A DNA stretch of 64,000 bases, taken from the NCBI GenBank assembly GCA_046328505.1, contig JAXLWL010000004.1, forward strand, positions 9,559-73,558. Reading direction: 5' to 3'. Origin of the DNA: Anaerolineae bacterium (GTDB lineage: Bacteria; Chloroflexota; Anaerolineae; Epilineales; JAHCIE01). The notes beneath the pieces were generated by a model that was given only the letters and a program-made list of their open reading frames with translations, was not told where the DNA came from and made no database searches. Made by a program: the position numbers and the translations under genes. Of the stretch, positions 28,303 to 38,256 are shown in pieces (the first letter of the stretch is position 1; each line of letters starts with the position of its first letter).

Positions 28303-28725
28303 ATGAACAGGCTCGAACGCTGGCTTGAATTTCATCAACGGTTGGAGATCGGCGCGGCGATGGTCGAAACAGCGGTTGCCTTTCCCCTGCTCATTATCGT
28401 CGCGCTGGGTCTCGTTCAGTTCGCCCTGTACGCCCACGCCCAGAACGTGGTTGTCGGCGCAGCCCAGGATGGAGCTCGCGTGGCGGCTGCCGAGGACCGC
28501 CACATCGAGGACGGGCTTGCTCGCGCCCACGACCTGCTACGGGCCGGACTCGGGCCGAGCGCCGAGGGGGTGAGCGTGCGCGGCGTGGACGGCGGGGACG
28601 TCGTGATGGTCGAGACGCAAGGCCGGCTGCGGCTTATCCTCCCGTGGGTGGGTGACGCCTCGCTGCCGCTCCACGCGCAGGCTATGATAAACAAGGAGGC
28701 GTTTCATGCTAGCCCGTCGCGCTAA
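28303..28725 (+). CDS. TadE-like pseudopilin
   Basis: Start refined to MNRLERW.... TadE N-terminal motif ERWLEFHQRLEIGAAMVETAVAFPLLIIVALGLVQF. Confidence 0.6.
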   Translation: MNRLERWLEFHQRLEIGAAMVETAVAFPLLIIVALGLVQFALYAHAQNVVVGAAQDGARVAAAEDRHIEDGLARAHDLLRAGLGPSAEGVSVRGVDGGDVVMVETQGRLRLILPWVGDASLPLHAQAMINKEAFHASPSR

Positions 28726-29155
28726 GTCCGCACGCTCCTGCGAGCGCGCTTCGGCGCTCGTCGAGGTTGCCCTCGTCTTGCCCCTGCTGCTTGTGCTCGC
28801 CTTCGGTGTCGTGGGTGTGAGCCGTGTCGTCCAGGCGCGGATGGGCGTGAGCGCCGTGGTGCGTGAGGCCGCTCGATCGGGCGCACTGGCGCAGGAGCCA
28901 GGCGAAGCCGTCGCCCGAGGGCTTTCGGTGGGACATGCGGTCGCCGAGGGGTATGGTCTGACCAACGGCTCGTTGGCGCTGGGTGTAGACGCAGGAGGTT
29001 TCGGGCCTGGTGGGAGTGTGCGGGCGAGTGCGGGTTACACAATATCGCTGGGCGATCTTCCGCTCCTTAGTTGGGCCAGCGTGAATGTGGCGAGCGAGCA
29101 CGTCGAGCGTGTGGACCTCTACCGCTCGCGGTGGACATCTGGAGGGAGGCCATGA
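28706..29155 (+). CDS. TadE-like pseudopilin
   Basis: RSCERASALVEVALVLPLLLVLAFGVV matches the TadE N-terminal motif. Confidence 0.6.
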   Translation: MLARRAKSARSCERASALVEVALVLPLLLVLAFGVVGVSRVVQARMGVSAVVREAARSGALAQEPGEAVARGLSVGHAVAEGYGLTNGSLALGVDAGGFGPGGSVRASAGYTISLGDLPLLSWASVNVASEHVERVDLYRSRWTSGGRP

Positions 29156-29619
29156 GGCGGTTGACAACGACACCGCTGAGAAGGCTTGACTTCCTGCTGG
29201 CTCGCGATGCCGGCCAGGCAATTGTGTGGGTCGCGGTGATGCTGCCGCTGTTCCTGGCGGTGATTGGCCTATCCATCGACGGCGGGTTGGTCTTCAGCGC
29301 CCGCCGCGAGTTGCAGAATGTCGCCGATGCGGCAGCTCGCGCCGGGGCGATGCAGATTGACGAGCGGGTCTACCGCGAGAGCTTCGGGCAGCGCGTCGTT
29401 CTCGATCCAGGCGCAGCGCAGGCAGCCGCCGTTGATTACATCGGGATGCAGCCAGGTCATCCCTCGGCATCCGTCAGCGCCGGCCCACAAGGGGTGCGGG
29501 TCGACACGGCGCGCGACGTGCCGACGAGCTTCTTGAGGCTCGTCGGGATTGAGACGGCGCGGGTGACGGCCACGGCCATCGCCGAGGTGCGCCACGGCAT
29601 TGAGCGGGGGGAACGGTAG
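29152..29619 (+). CDS. TadG-like (Tad_N domain) pilus assembly protein
   Basis: Start refined to MRRLTTT..., with GGAGGGAGG RBS. ARDAGQAIVWVAVMLPLFLAVIGLSIDGGLVFSARRELQNVADAAARAG matches the TadG N-terminal domain. Confidence 0.55.
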   Translation: MRRLTTTPLRRLDFLLARDAGQAIVWVAVMLPLFLAVIGLSIDGGLVFSARRELQNVADAAARAGAMQIDERVYRESFGQRVVLDPGAAQAAAVDYIGMQPGHPSASVSAGPQGVRVDTARDVPTSFLRLVGIETARVTATAIAEVRHGIERGER

Positions 29620-29628
29620 GAGGTAGGT

Positions 29629-30309
29629 ATGGATGTCAAGGACATGAGACCGGAAACCGAGACGGCGCGGGCGCGCCGGCCGTTCTGGATTGTCGCCGTC
29701 ACCCTGTTCGCCATCGTGCTCGTTGGGCTGCTGGCAGCGTACGGGCTGGACCGGCGATTCCGCGCGCCCGTGGGTGTCGAGCCGGCGCCACCGGGTAGCG
29801 CCTCTAGCCAAGCGCGCGCGCCAGGGACGCCGCCAACGGCTCTGCCCGCCGCGCAGCCTTCAGCCGTCGTCGTTGCACCGACGGTTGCCATCACACCGAC
29901 ACTCCCCGCTGGCTTGCGACTGGCCGACTCGCCCCTGGAGCGCGAGATCGAGGCCGCCTACCTGCACTACTGGCAGGTTCTCGCTGAAGCCAACCTGACG
30001 CTCGACACGTCTCGACTGCCCGAAGTGGCAGCCGATAAGGAGCTTGTCCAGGCGCAGCAGCAGGTCAACGACCTCAAGGCACAAGGCAGGGCCGCCAAGC
30101 TGGATGTTGAACATCGGACGGCCTTCGCGAAGGTCACTCCGACCCAGGCTGTCATCGCCGATGAGTACCTGAACAAGAGTGTGTTTGTGGATCCGGTCAC
30201 AAAGGAGGAGCTGAAGACTTCGTCGCCGCCGACCGTCGAGAAGCTATCGTTCACGATGCGGAAGATCGACGGGCAATGGAAAGTCGTGGAGGCGCTGCGC
30301 TATGATTAA
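29629..30309 (+). CDS. membrane-anchored hypothetical protein (tad-locus accessory)
   Basis: N-terminal TM helix (FWIVAVTLFAIVLVGLLAAYGL) and Pro/Ala-rich linker. Overlaps the next gene. Confidence 0.45.
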   Translation: MDVKDMRPETETARARRPFWIVAVTLFAIVLVGLLAAYGLDRRFRAPVGVEPAPPGSASSQARAPGTPPTALPAAQPSAVVVAPTVAITPTLPAGLRLADSPLEREIEAAYLHYWQVLAEANLTLDTSRLPEVAADKELVQAQQQVNDLKAQGRAAKLDVEHRTAFAKVTPTQAVIADEYLNKSVFVDPVTKEELKTSSPPTVEKLSFTMRKIDGQWKVVEALRYD

Positions 30310-31408
30310 GCATCTCTTTCCATCACTGGTTCTCGCTTTGCTCGTAACCGCTTTTCTTTCTACCTCCGTTCATGCCGACGGGCCAAACCCCGACCGGCCG
30401 CAGCCGCATGTCAATCGCGATCATCTGAACGTTCAGACCCGTGTCGAGAGCCGCCGCGACGGAGTCTATGTTGAGATTTCCGTCCAACAGTCAACGCCAG
30501 GGGAAGACCGGCCGAGTCCGCATGCGCGTGCTACCGATGAACCCTCGAACAACACTGCATCTGCAACGACTGCTACAAGTTCGGCTCAGCCGGTGAGCAC
30601 GGGACCGCAGGAGCGCTACTGGAGCAACAACACCGGGATCTACCGCGAGACGGTAGACGGTCACGTAATCCAGCTCACGCCGCCACCTATTGGCACAGCC
30701 AGCCTGAGCGCCTGGGACACCGCGCGGGCTAACCACCCCGACCAGACGCCGTATCTCCTGTACGTGGACGACCAGTACAACGGCGTCGTCTGGATCCCCC
30801 AGTCGCCCCAGAACGGCAACGTTCGCATCGAGGCGATGCCCTCCGCCCAGCCCTCGCGTCCCTCAGGTGATGACAACAGCACGGACGCGCGCGAAGTCGC
30901 CCTCAGCGCCCTGGGCCACGTGCGCCTCCCCGACATGCACGTCCGCGTGAACCCGTCCCTTGGCCTCGTCAACCTGCCGGGCTGGTTTTGGGTCGACGGC
31001 TACGACGGTCGCCCCTTCGGCGTCAGCCGCACCGTCCATGTCCCGCCCGAGATTGGCGACGATGTCCCCGATACCGTCGTCCCTGCCGACGACCCCCGTC
31101 GGCGCGGCACGAGTTTCACCGTCAGCGTGCGGATCTGGCCGAGCCAGTATGAGTGGAACTTCGGCGACGATCACATCCTGGTGACCGACTCCCTGGGCAA
31201 GCCCCACCCTGCCGAGTCCGACATCCAGCATACCTACGAGACCTCTTCCCTGGGTTTTGCCAACGGCTTCCCCGTTCGGCTGAGCGTCACCTTCCACGCC
31301 GAGTACCGCGTCAACGGTGGCCCGGCTGAGGCGCTGCCCTCGATCACCCAGGTGGTCGAGTACGGCTACCGCGTGCAGGAAGCGCAATCGGTTCTCACCG
31401 GTCATTGA
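30302..31408 (+). CDS. secreted hypothetical protein (tad-locus accessory)
   Basis: Signal peptide [25 protein letters not shown]. No recognisable domain. Confidence 0.45.
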   Translation: MIKHLFPSLVLALLVTAFLSTSVHADGPNPDRPQPHVNRDHLNVQTRVESRRDGVYVEISVQQSTPGEDRPSPHARATDEPSNNTASATTATSSAQPVSTGPQERYWSNNTGIYRETVDGHVIQLTPPPIGTASLSAWDTARANHPDQTPYLLYVDDQYNGVVWIPQSPQNGNVRIEAMPSAQPSRPSGDDNSTDAREVALSALGHVRLPDMHVRVNPSLGLVNLPGWFWVDGYDGRPFGVSRTVHVPPEIGDDVPDTVVPADDPRRRGTSFTVSVRIWPSQYEWNFGDDHILVTDSLGKPHPAESDIQHTYETSSLGFANGFPVRLSVTFHAEYRVNGGPAEALPSITQVVEYGYRVQEAQSVLTGH

Positions 31409-31428
31409 GTGGGAGCGAGGAGGAAGTC

Positions 31429-34400
31429 ATGCAGACGACCTACGTAGACATGGACGAGCAGCGGCGCGACCGTGTGAGCCTCCTGGGGCTGATTGTCGGC
31501 CTGGTGGGCGTGGGCGTCTTCCTCTATAAGGTGCCCGGCCCGCCCCACTTGCCCGCGACGTGGCCGACGTGGGCTGGCATCGTCACGACCCTGCAGGGCA
31601 GCTATCTCCCCCTGGATGGCGTCATCTACGTGCTCATGATGCTCGCCTGGCTGCTCTGGGCCTGGCTGGCTTTCTCGCTTGTCCTGGAGCTGATTGTCGT
31701 AACCGTCGAGAAAGTCTCACAGGGCGCGGCGTGGGCGCGAAGCCTACGCGCTGCGGCTGACCATGTCACAGCGCCCATCGTGCGCCGCGTGGTGCAGGGC
31801 GCCGTCGTGGCAACCGTCGTGGTCAACCTCGTGGGCCGGTCGGGGACGCCGGCGAACGCCGCACCTATGGAGACAACCCCGATTGTGCTCCAGCAGCGGG
31901 CGCCAACAGATGCTGCGCCTCCGGTGGTCGAGCAAGAGGCCGAGCACAATCCGCGCGTCGTCGAGTACACGGTGCAGTCGGGCGACAGCCTGTGGGCCAT
32001 CGCCGAGCGCTTCTACGGCGACGGCGACGCCTATCCCCGCGTCGTCGCGGCCAACGTCGGCCGCGCCATGCCGAACAATGGGCGCTTCACGCCGGCCGGC
32101 GTCATCCACCCTGGCTGGGTGCTGGTCATCCCGCTCCCCGACGAGGCGCCGGCCGAGCACAGGCAGCGGACCACCTACGTCGTGGCAAAAGGGGATACAT
32201 TGTGGGGCATTGCCGGGAGGTTCTTGGGCGACCCGACCCGCTGGCCGGAAATCTTCGAGCTGAACCGCGGCGTTGCCCGCCATCCCCAGACGGGCTGGAC
32301 GCTCACGAACCCTAACCTCATCTGGCCGGGCCTGCCCCTCCAGATACCTGTCGAGGCGCCATCTGAGCAGCCCGCGCCCCTGCCCCCGGCTCCTGTTGTC
32401 GAGCATCCAGTGGAGACCTCGCCAGTTCCCGGCCTCCAACCTGGTACGATTACAACGGCAACGCCTCGGCCCGCAGAGCCTAAGCAAGTCGTCGTCGAAA
32501 CGCCCGTGGCAACACCGGTTCCCGTCGCCACGCCCTCGCCGGTCGTGCACGAGCAGGCTCTACCGCCTATAGTGTGGGGGGCAGTGGGGCTGATGGTCGC
32601 CGCCGGCATCGCTGGCCTGGCCTTGCGGCGTCGGGTGCGGCGCAGCGTGGCCGAGTCGCTGGCCCCCGACCCGGCGGAGGTCATGCCGCCCCACGGCGAC
32701 TTCGTCGACGCCGAGTTCGCGCGCCTGCTGCGCCACCGGCTGCAGAATGGCGAGGTCGAGGCGGCCGTTCTGGTTGCCGAGCAGACGCTGCGCTTCCTAC
32801 GCGATGAGGGCATAGAGGGAGTCTCCCTCATCATGGCCGGCCAGGGCGCCAAGTCAGTCAACCTGATTCTGTCCACGAGCTTACAAGACAAGGAGCGTAT
32901 TATCGCCTTGGCGCCTAAGATGGGCGCGCGCCTCGGCGGAACGGTCAAGGCGGAGACGACGTGCGACGACGATATCGCCCTCGAGGTATCGGAGCCCAAG
33001 CTCGCCGATGTCGCGTCTGCCTCTAAGCGCGCCCACGAGTTGCCCCGCCTTGTCGCCGTCGGGCTCTTGCCTCAGCAGACCACAACCTACATCAACTGGC
33101 CGAAGGCGGGTCATGTCCTTATCGCGGGGACCCCAGGCGGCGGGACGGACATAACGCTCACTAGCCTCATGTGCGCGTTGGCGACCCGCTATCACCCGGA
33201 CGCTCTCCGGCTGTACACCGTTGCCAGCCGCCGCGCCCTGCCACACCAGCTGTTCGATCTGCCACACGGGGTTGAGATCGCCGATTCGTCCGACGCAAGA
33301 GGCGTGCAGGGAATCCTGGAGCAGGTGGAGGCCGAGCTTGTTCGACGCATGAAAGCCGCCGCCGAAGGAGAAGCGACCCGGGAGCCAGAGATTGTGATTG
33401 TGCTGGGCGAGCTCGCCGACGTAGAGGACATTGCAGCGGTGGACATGATCGGAACGCACGGCACGGCGCATGGTATCCAGCTTCTTGCCGCCACAAGCCG
33501 CGTGGACGAGATCCCCGACGGGACGTTGGCGCTCTTCTCCACGCCGCTGGTTCTGCGACTACTCGACGACGAGACCAGCATTCGCGTCTTGGACGACAGC
33601 GCTGCCGCCGACCTGGGGCGCGGTGACATGTTCCTGTCCCTGGACAGCCGCTGGCCGATCCAGATGCGCGGCCTGCGCGTCTCACCGGAGCACCTGGATC
33701 AGCTGGTTACAGTGATGCGTGAGGCCTATGGGGAGCCGACACCGGCCCCATCCCTGGCAACCGCCGACGAGAACGACGCCGAGATAGTTGCCGACGGCGA
33801 GGAGCTTTCCGTGCAGTCGCCGAACGGGCACGCGCCAGCGGCTGTACCGGCCAAACCAGTCGAGGCTAAGCCCGACCTTCCGGTGGACGCGAGCGCAGCG
33901 GAAAACGACCTTGTTGAGCCTGTCACACTAGCGCTCCCGGCGCTTAACGGCCACACGCCACCGATACCCCTGCCGAGCGACGCCTCAGACGCGCCGCCTG
34001 AGGTCGACGGGGTTGAGGAGGAGCCGCCGGTGTTCATCCAGTGCTTCGGCAGCCTGGTCGTCCGATACGCGGGGAAGACCCTGCAGGCCAGGGCAGAAGG
34101 GCGCGCCATCCTCAAGTCGTGGGAGGTGATCGCCTACTTGGCGTGCTATCCACCCGAGGGCGTGACCGTGGATCGGCTAATCGCCGATGTCTGGCCCGAC
34201 ACTGACGGCGCTGACAAGAACGTGCTGCACATCGCGATGTACCGAGCACGCAAGGCACTGCAAGAGCAAGTCGAGAGTGTCAGCGACGACGTCATTCGCC
34301 TGGACCGCGATGGGACGTGTCTCCTCGACCGCGCGTTGGCCACGTCGGATGTCCACCAGTTCATGGCGCTCGTCTCGCGGGCACAAAGGCTTCCGTCTGC

Positions 34401-34854
34401 CCAAGCCAGGGCCGCATTGGAAAGAGCGCGGGACCTGTACCAGGGGGACCTGCTCTCCAGCCCTCAGGCGCGAACGTTCCACTGGCTTGACAATCGCGGG
34501 GCGAGCGGGTTGACGCTTCGCGAGACCTACCGCATCGAGTACCAGCGAGCCATGTGCCAGTTGGCGGGGCTCTACCGCGAAGACGGCGAGTTCCAGCGGG
34601 CTCAGGCGCTGCTGAAGGGCATGCTGCAGCAGGAGCCAACGCTCGAAGATGTCGTGCGCGAGCTGTATCGTCTCTACGCGCAGATGGGCGACCTGGCCGG
34701 GTTACGGCGGGAAGACCGTCGCCTGCGTCTGGCGCTGCAGTCCGCCTACTACGACCCGAACAACCCCGACGACGACCCCGGCCTCTACTCGCCCGAAGCC
34801 GAGACCGTCGCGCTATATAATGAGATACACAGGGCCCTGAACCCGATAAGCTAG
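31429..34854 (+). CDS. giant multidomain protein: N-terminal TM helices, two LysM domains, Pro-rich linker, TM helix, FtsK/SpoIIIE-like P-loop domain with degenerate Walker A, C-terminal BTAD (SARP-type transcriptional activator) domain
   Basis: LysM domains [20 protein letters not shown]... and [20 protein letters not shown].... FtsK-like [27 protein letters not shown] (no Walker Lys) and [12 protein letters not shown] (Walker B-like). BTAD-like [25 protein letters not shown]...[10 protein letters not shown]. Start at the ATG at 31429 with GAGGAGGA upstream. Confidence 0.6.
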   Translation: MQTTYVDMDEQRRDRVSLLGLIVGLVGVGVFLYKVPGPPHLPATWPTWAGIVTTLQGSYLPLDGVIYVLMMLAWLLWAWLAFSLVLELIVVTVEKVSQGAAWARSLRAAADHVTAPIVRRVVQGAVVATVVVNLVGRSGTPANAAPMETTPIVLQQRAPTDAAPPVVEQEAEHNPRVVEYTVQSGDSLWAIAERFYGDGDAYPRVVAANVGRAMPNNGRFTPAGVIHPGWVLVIPLPDEAPAEHRQRTTYVVAKGDTLWGIAGRFLGDPTRWPEIFELNRGVARHPQTGWTLTNPNLIWPGLPLQIPVEAPSEQPAPLPPAPVVEHPVETSPVPGLQPGTITTATPRPAEPKQVVVETPVATPVPVATPSPVVHEQALPPIVWGAVGLMVAAGIAGLALRRRVRRSVAESLAPDPAEVMPPHGDFVDAEFARLLRHRLQNGEVEAAVLVAEQTLRFLRDEGIEGVSLIMAGQGAKSVNLILSTSLQDKERIIALAPKMGARLGGTVKAETTCDDDIALEVSEPKLADVASASKRAHELPRLVAVGLLPQQTTTYINWPKAGHVLIAGTPGGGTDITLTSLMCALATRYHPDALRLYTVASRRALPHQLFDLPHGVEIADSSDARGVQGILEQVEAELVRRMKAAAEGEATREPEIVIVLGELADVEDIAAVDMIGTHGTAHGIQLLAATSRVDEIPDGTLALFSTPLVLRLLDDETSIRVLDDSAAADLGRGDMFLSLDSRWPIQMRGLRVSPEHLDQLVTVMREAYGEPTPAPSLATADENDAEIVADGEELSVQSPNGHAPAAVPAKPVEAKPDLPVDASAAENDLVEPVTLALPALNGHTPPIPLPSDASDAPPEVDGVEEEPPVFIQCFGSLVVRYAGKTLQARAEGRAILKSWEVIAYLACYPPEGVTVDRLIADVWPDTDGADKNVLHIAMYRARKALQEQVESVSDDVIRLDRDGTCLLDRALATSDVHQFMALVSRAQRLPSAQARAALERARDLYQGDLLSSPQARTFHWLDNRGASGLTLRETYRIEYQRAMCQLAGLYREDGEFQRAQALLKGMLQQEPTLEDVVRELYRLYAQMGDLAGLRREDRRLRLALQSAYYDPNNPDDDPGLYSPEAETVALYNEIHRALNPIS

Positions 34855-35024
34855 GCCAATCCTGCCGTCCCACAACCTTCTATTCCTGTCCCCGCCCAAG
34901 CGGCTATGCTACTCGTGCATAACCGCTTGGTTGACTGTGTGACGTACCAGCCTATAATCAGCGGGTAGTGAGGGATGACCCGCTGACGGGTCTGTCTGAG
35001 CGTTGAGTGGCGGGGGGAAGGCGT

Positions 35025-38000
35025 ATGGACCTGGAAGGGTGGAAGCAAGCGACGAGAGAGCGGCTGCACGGAATGGCGGAGATCCTCCGGCGCAAGACAC
35101 CGGGCGCGGTGTACGGAGGGCTATCCGCAGCGGCTATACTGCCCATTATCAGCGCGCTAAACCAGGGCGACCTCATGGCGGTCCTGGCGTTTGGAAGTCT
35201 CCTCGGCAGTGTTGGCGCTGGCCTCATCACCAACCAGATTCAAGCGTGGAAGGACAAGAGCGACACGGAGTTGGCCGAGGAGCTGACGCAGAAGGCCGAA
35301 ACCGACGCCAAGTGGCGCGAGGCGCTGGACAAACTGATGCAGGAATTGGAGACACCGCGCCTTGCCCAGGAGACTCTCGCCCCCGGCGGCCGCGCCTGGC
35401 TCGCCGAGGCTCTCAACCAGGAGCTGACGCGTCTGGGTAGCAGCGTTCGCGTCCAAGGCAACGGGAACGTCGTCGCTGCAGGCAACATATCGGATAGCGT
35501 CATCAATTCGGGCCGCGTCGAAGCGCGCGAGGGTAGTGTCGTCATCATAGCGCAGCAGGTCTCGCGCGATATAGTGGCGAGCCTCAAGCCGGAAGGTCTG
35601 TCTGCGAGCGAACTCCAGGCCATCACCGAGCCCTACCTCAAGTACCTCATCACCCGCTACCGCTACCTCGACTTCAAGGGTATGGGCATGGCAGACCGCG
35701 TCCCATTGCGCCTCCCGATTGAAGATATGTACATTCCTCTTCGCGCACGCGTCGAGATACCACGATGGGAGCGGTCAGGTTGGCAGGACTTTGAGGCTTT
35801 GTCGGATCGTGAAGCGCAGTTGCTTGGAAGCCTGGAAACACCGGAGGAATCAAGATACACTACGGAGCGCTTCGGTGGATCCCCATGGCTCCTCGATCTT
35901 CTGGGGCGCCACGACGGTCTAGTCATCGTTGGTGACCCTGGGGCGGGCAAGACGACCTTCCTCAAGCATCTGACACTCTCCTTGGCGCTAGGTCATGGCG
36001 AAAGAGTTGGCTTAGCTAATCGTCTGCCCGTCCTAGTCCCGCTCTCGGCCTACGCTAGGGCTCTCGAGCTAGAGGACGTTGCTCTCCAGGAGTTCCTGGG
36101 GACGTATTACCGTAACCAGGGTACTGACCTATCGATTGACGCCCTCCTTGCGGCAGCGCTGTCCGACGGGCGCGCCCTGGTCATGTTTGATGGCCTCGAC
36201 GAGGTCCAGGAGATTACGCGCCGCGGTCTGGTACTGGAACGAGTGACCGCCTTCTACGCGCTGCACCGCCAACGCGGCAACAAGTTCATCCTCACTAGCC
36301 GAATCGTGGGCTACAAAGACGTGCGCCTGACGGCCGAAGGGCTCGAAGAGTGTACGCTGGTCGACTTCGACGAACGGGACATCCGCGAATTCATCAATAA
36401 GTGGACGTGTGCTGTGGAACAGGCGATCCACGGTCCGAGCGCATTTAGTCTCCGGCAGGCCGAGATCGAGGGGAATGAGCTGCTTGACGCTATTGCGCGC
36501 AATCCAGGTGTCCGCCAACTCGCTGCTAACCCCCTCCTGCTTACCATTCTGGCCCTCATGAAGCGCCAGGGTGTTGCCTTGCCCGAGCGCCGGGTCGAGC
36601 TATACGACAAGTACGTCGAGACGCTACTGCGCCATTGGAACCTGGCGCGGGGGTTGGACCGACGCGCAGCGCGGGACCTGGACGTGGTAGAGACGCTAAG
36701 AGTCATAGCGCCGCTTGCATTGTGGATGCAAGCGACAAGTCCAGGGCGTGGATTGGTTAAGCAAGCCGATCTACAGCGCCAGCTGATTGCCATCTACAGT
36801 GAGCGCGGGGAAGCAGACCCGGAGCGCGCTGCACGTCAGTTTCAGCACGACGTTCGCGACCACGCCGGGCTGCTGCTGGAGCGTGGTCCACGTGAGTACG
36901 GCTTCATCCACCTGACGTTCCAGGAGTATCTGGCTGCGGTGGCTATTGCTCAACATGGGCAGGTGGACGTGGCTCCAGTAGTGCGTACTCTGGCTGCGCA
37001 TATGGATGATGCCAGCTGGCGCGAAGCTGTACTCCTGACTATCGGCTATCTTGGTCTCATACAGCAAAGGGACGAAGCTGCGGGCGATGTGCTGCAGCAG
37101 CTTGTAGCTAGCCCTGAAGCTTCGCCTGCAGCTGTCGTATTAGCAGGTGAGGCGGCAGTTGATGCCGGACCAGGCGGAGTGTCAGTAAGCGGGCGTCAGG
37201 CAGTGGCTGGGGCGCTTCTGGCCGTCATGCGTGATGACGAGCATGCAGACGCTCTAACGCGAGCTGCGGCAGGTGATGCCCTGGCGAAGCTCGGCGATCC
37301 GCGATTCCGTGCCAACGCGTGGTTCCTGCCCGACGAGCCGCTACTGGGCTTCGTCAAGATTCCATCGGGTGGACTCACAATGGTCGAAGGCAGTACCGAG
37401 AACGTTGTCGATGTCCCTACGTTCTTCATTGGCCGCTACCCGGTAACGGTGGCCCAATTTGAGGCATACGTGGACGCGTCCGGCCAAACCCCCGTGAACA
37501 AACAGAGCCTTCGCGATCCCGTTAACCGTCCGGTGCGCTATATCAGCTGGAGCGAGGCGATGAATTACTGCCGCTGGTTGGCGGGAACGTTGCGGGTGTG
37601 GGCCGACACGCCACAGCCACTAGCCGATTGGCTGCGCGGGACCGGCGAGCGACCGCCCGGACGTATCACACTGCCGAGCGAAGCGGAATGGGAGAAGGCA
37701 GCGCGAGGAACGGCTGAACATACGTATCCCTGGGGCGAGCAGCCCAACCCAAATCGAGCTAACTACCGTGACACAAAGATTGGTGACACAAGTTCGGTCG
37801 GCTGTTTTCCTAGTGGTGCCAGTCCATACGGTATTGAGGAGATGGCTGGGAATGTTTGGGAGTGGACGCGCAGTATTCTAAAGAATTACCCTTATGACCC
37901 GAAAGACGGGCGTGAGGACGAAGCGATAGAAGGGAATCGCGTGGTGCGCGGGGGAGCGTTCATTGATAATGCCACCAGCTTGCGCTGCTCATTCCGCGGC

Positions 38001-38063
38001 AGGTATAGTCCCTTCTATGGAGGCAACGATCAGGGGTTTCGGGTCGTATTTTCCAATCTCTGA
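35025..38063 (+). CDS. STAND NTPase: N-terminal ~145-aa helical domain, G/N-rich strand motif, NACHT domain, C-terminal FGE-sulfatase (SUMF1-like) domain
   Basis: Walker A LVIVGDPGAGKTTFLKHL, Walker B LVMFDGLDEV. FGE-sulfatase signature RYPVTVAQFEAYV...LPSEAEWEKAARG...SPYGIEEMAGNVWEWT...VVRGGAF...GFRVV. Shared motif VQGNGNVVAAGNISDSVINSGRVEA at 35448-35531. Confidence 0.85.
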   Translation: MDLEGWKQATRERLHGMAEILRRKTPGAVYGGLSAAAILPIISALNQGDLMAVLAFGSLLGSVGAGLITNQIQAWKDKSDTELAEELTQKAETDAKWREALDKLMQELETPRLAQETLAPGGRAWLAEALNQELTRLGSSVRVQGNGNVVAAGNISDSVINSGRVEAREGSVVIIAQQVSRDIVASLKPEGLSASELQAITEPYLKYLITRYRYLDFKGMGMADRVPLRLPIEDMYIPLRARVEIPRWERSGWQDFEALSDREAQLLGSLETPEESRYTTERFGGSPWLLDLLGRHDGLVIVGDPGAGKTTFLKHLTLSLALGHGERVGLANRLPVLVPLSAYARALELEDVALQEFLGTYYRNQGTDLSIDALLAAALSDGRALVMFDGLDEVQEITRRGLVLERVTAFYALHRQRGNKFILTSRIVGYKDVRLTAEGLEECTLVDFDERDIREFINKWTCAVEQAIHGPSAFSLRQAEIEGNELLDAIARNPGVRQLAANPLLLTILALMKRQGVALPERRVELYDKYVETLLRHWNLARGLDRRAARDLDVVETLRVIAPLALWMQATSPGRGLVKQADLQRQLIAIYSERGEADPERAARQFQHDVRDHAGLLLERGPREYGFIHLTFQEYLAAVAIAQHGQVDVAPVVRTLAAHMDDASWREAVLLTIGYLGLIQQRDEAAGDVLQQLVASPEASPAAVVLAGEAAVDAGPGGVSVSGRQAVAGALLAVMRDDEHADALTRAAAGDALAKLGDPRFRANAWFLPDEPLLGFVKIPSGGLTMVEGSTENVVDVPTFFIGRYPVTVAQFEAYVDASGQTPVNKQSLRDPVNRPVRYISWSEAMNYCRWLAGTLRVWADTPQPLADWLRGTGERPPGRITLPSEAEWEKAARGTAEHTYPWGEQPNPNRANYRDTKIGDTSSVGCFPSGASPYGIEEMAGNVWEWTRSILKNYPYDPKDGREDEAIEGNRVVRGGAFIDNATSLRCSFRGRYSPFYGGNDQGFRVVFSNL

Positions 38064-38256
38064 CTCCTTTGAGGGGTTGAGGGCAGGCAGGTGAAACCCC
38101 CTCCTGCAGAGGGGGCCGGGTGAAGACCCTAACCCACCCAGTAGCAGAAGACCCCCACCCAGCCTCTCCCAGAGGGAGAGGCGCCTGACTTGTTCCCCTC
38201 AAACGCAGATGGCGAGGCCGGCAGAAGTTGACTTGGCCGGCCAAGGATGACAGACG

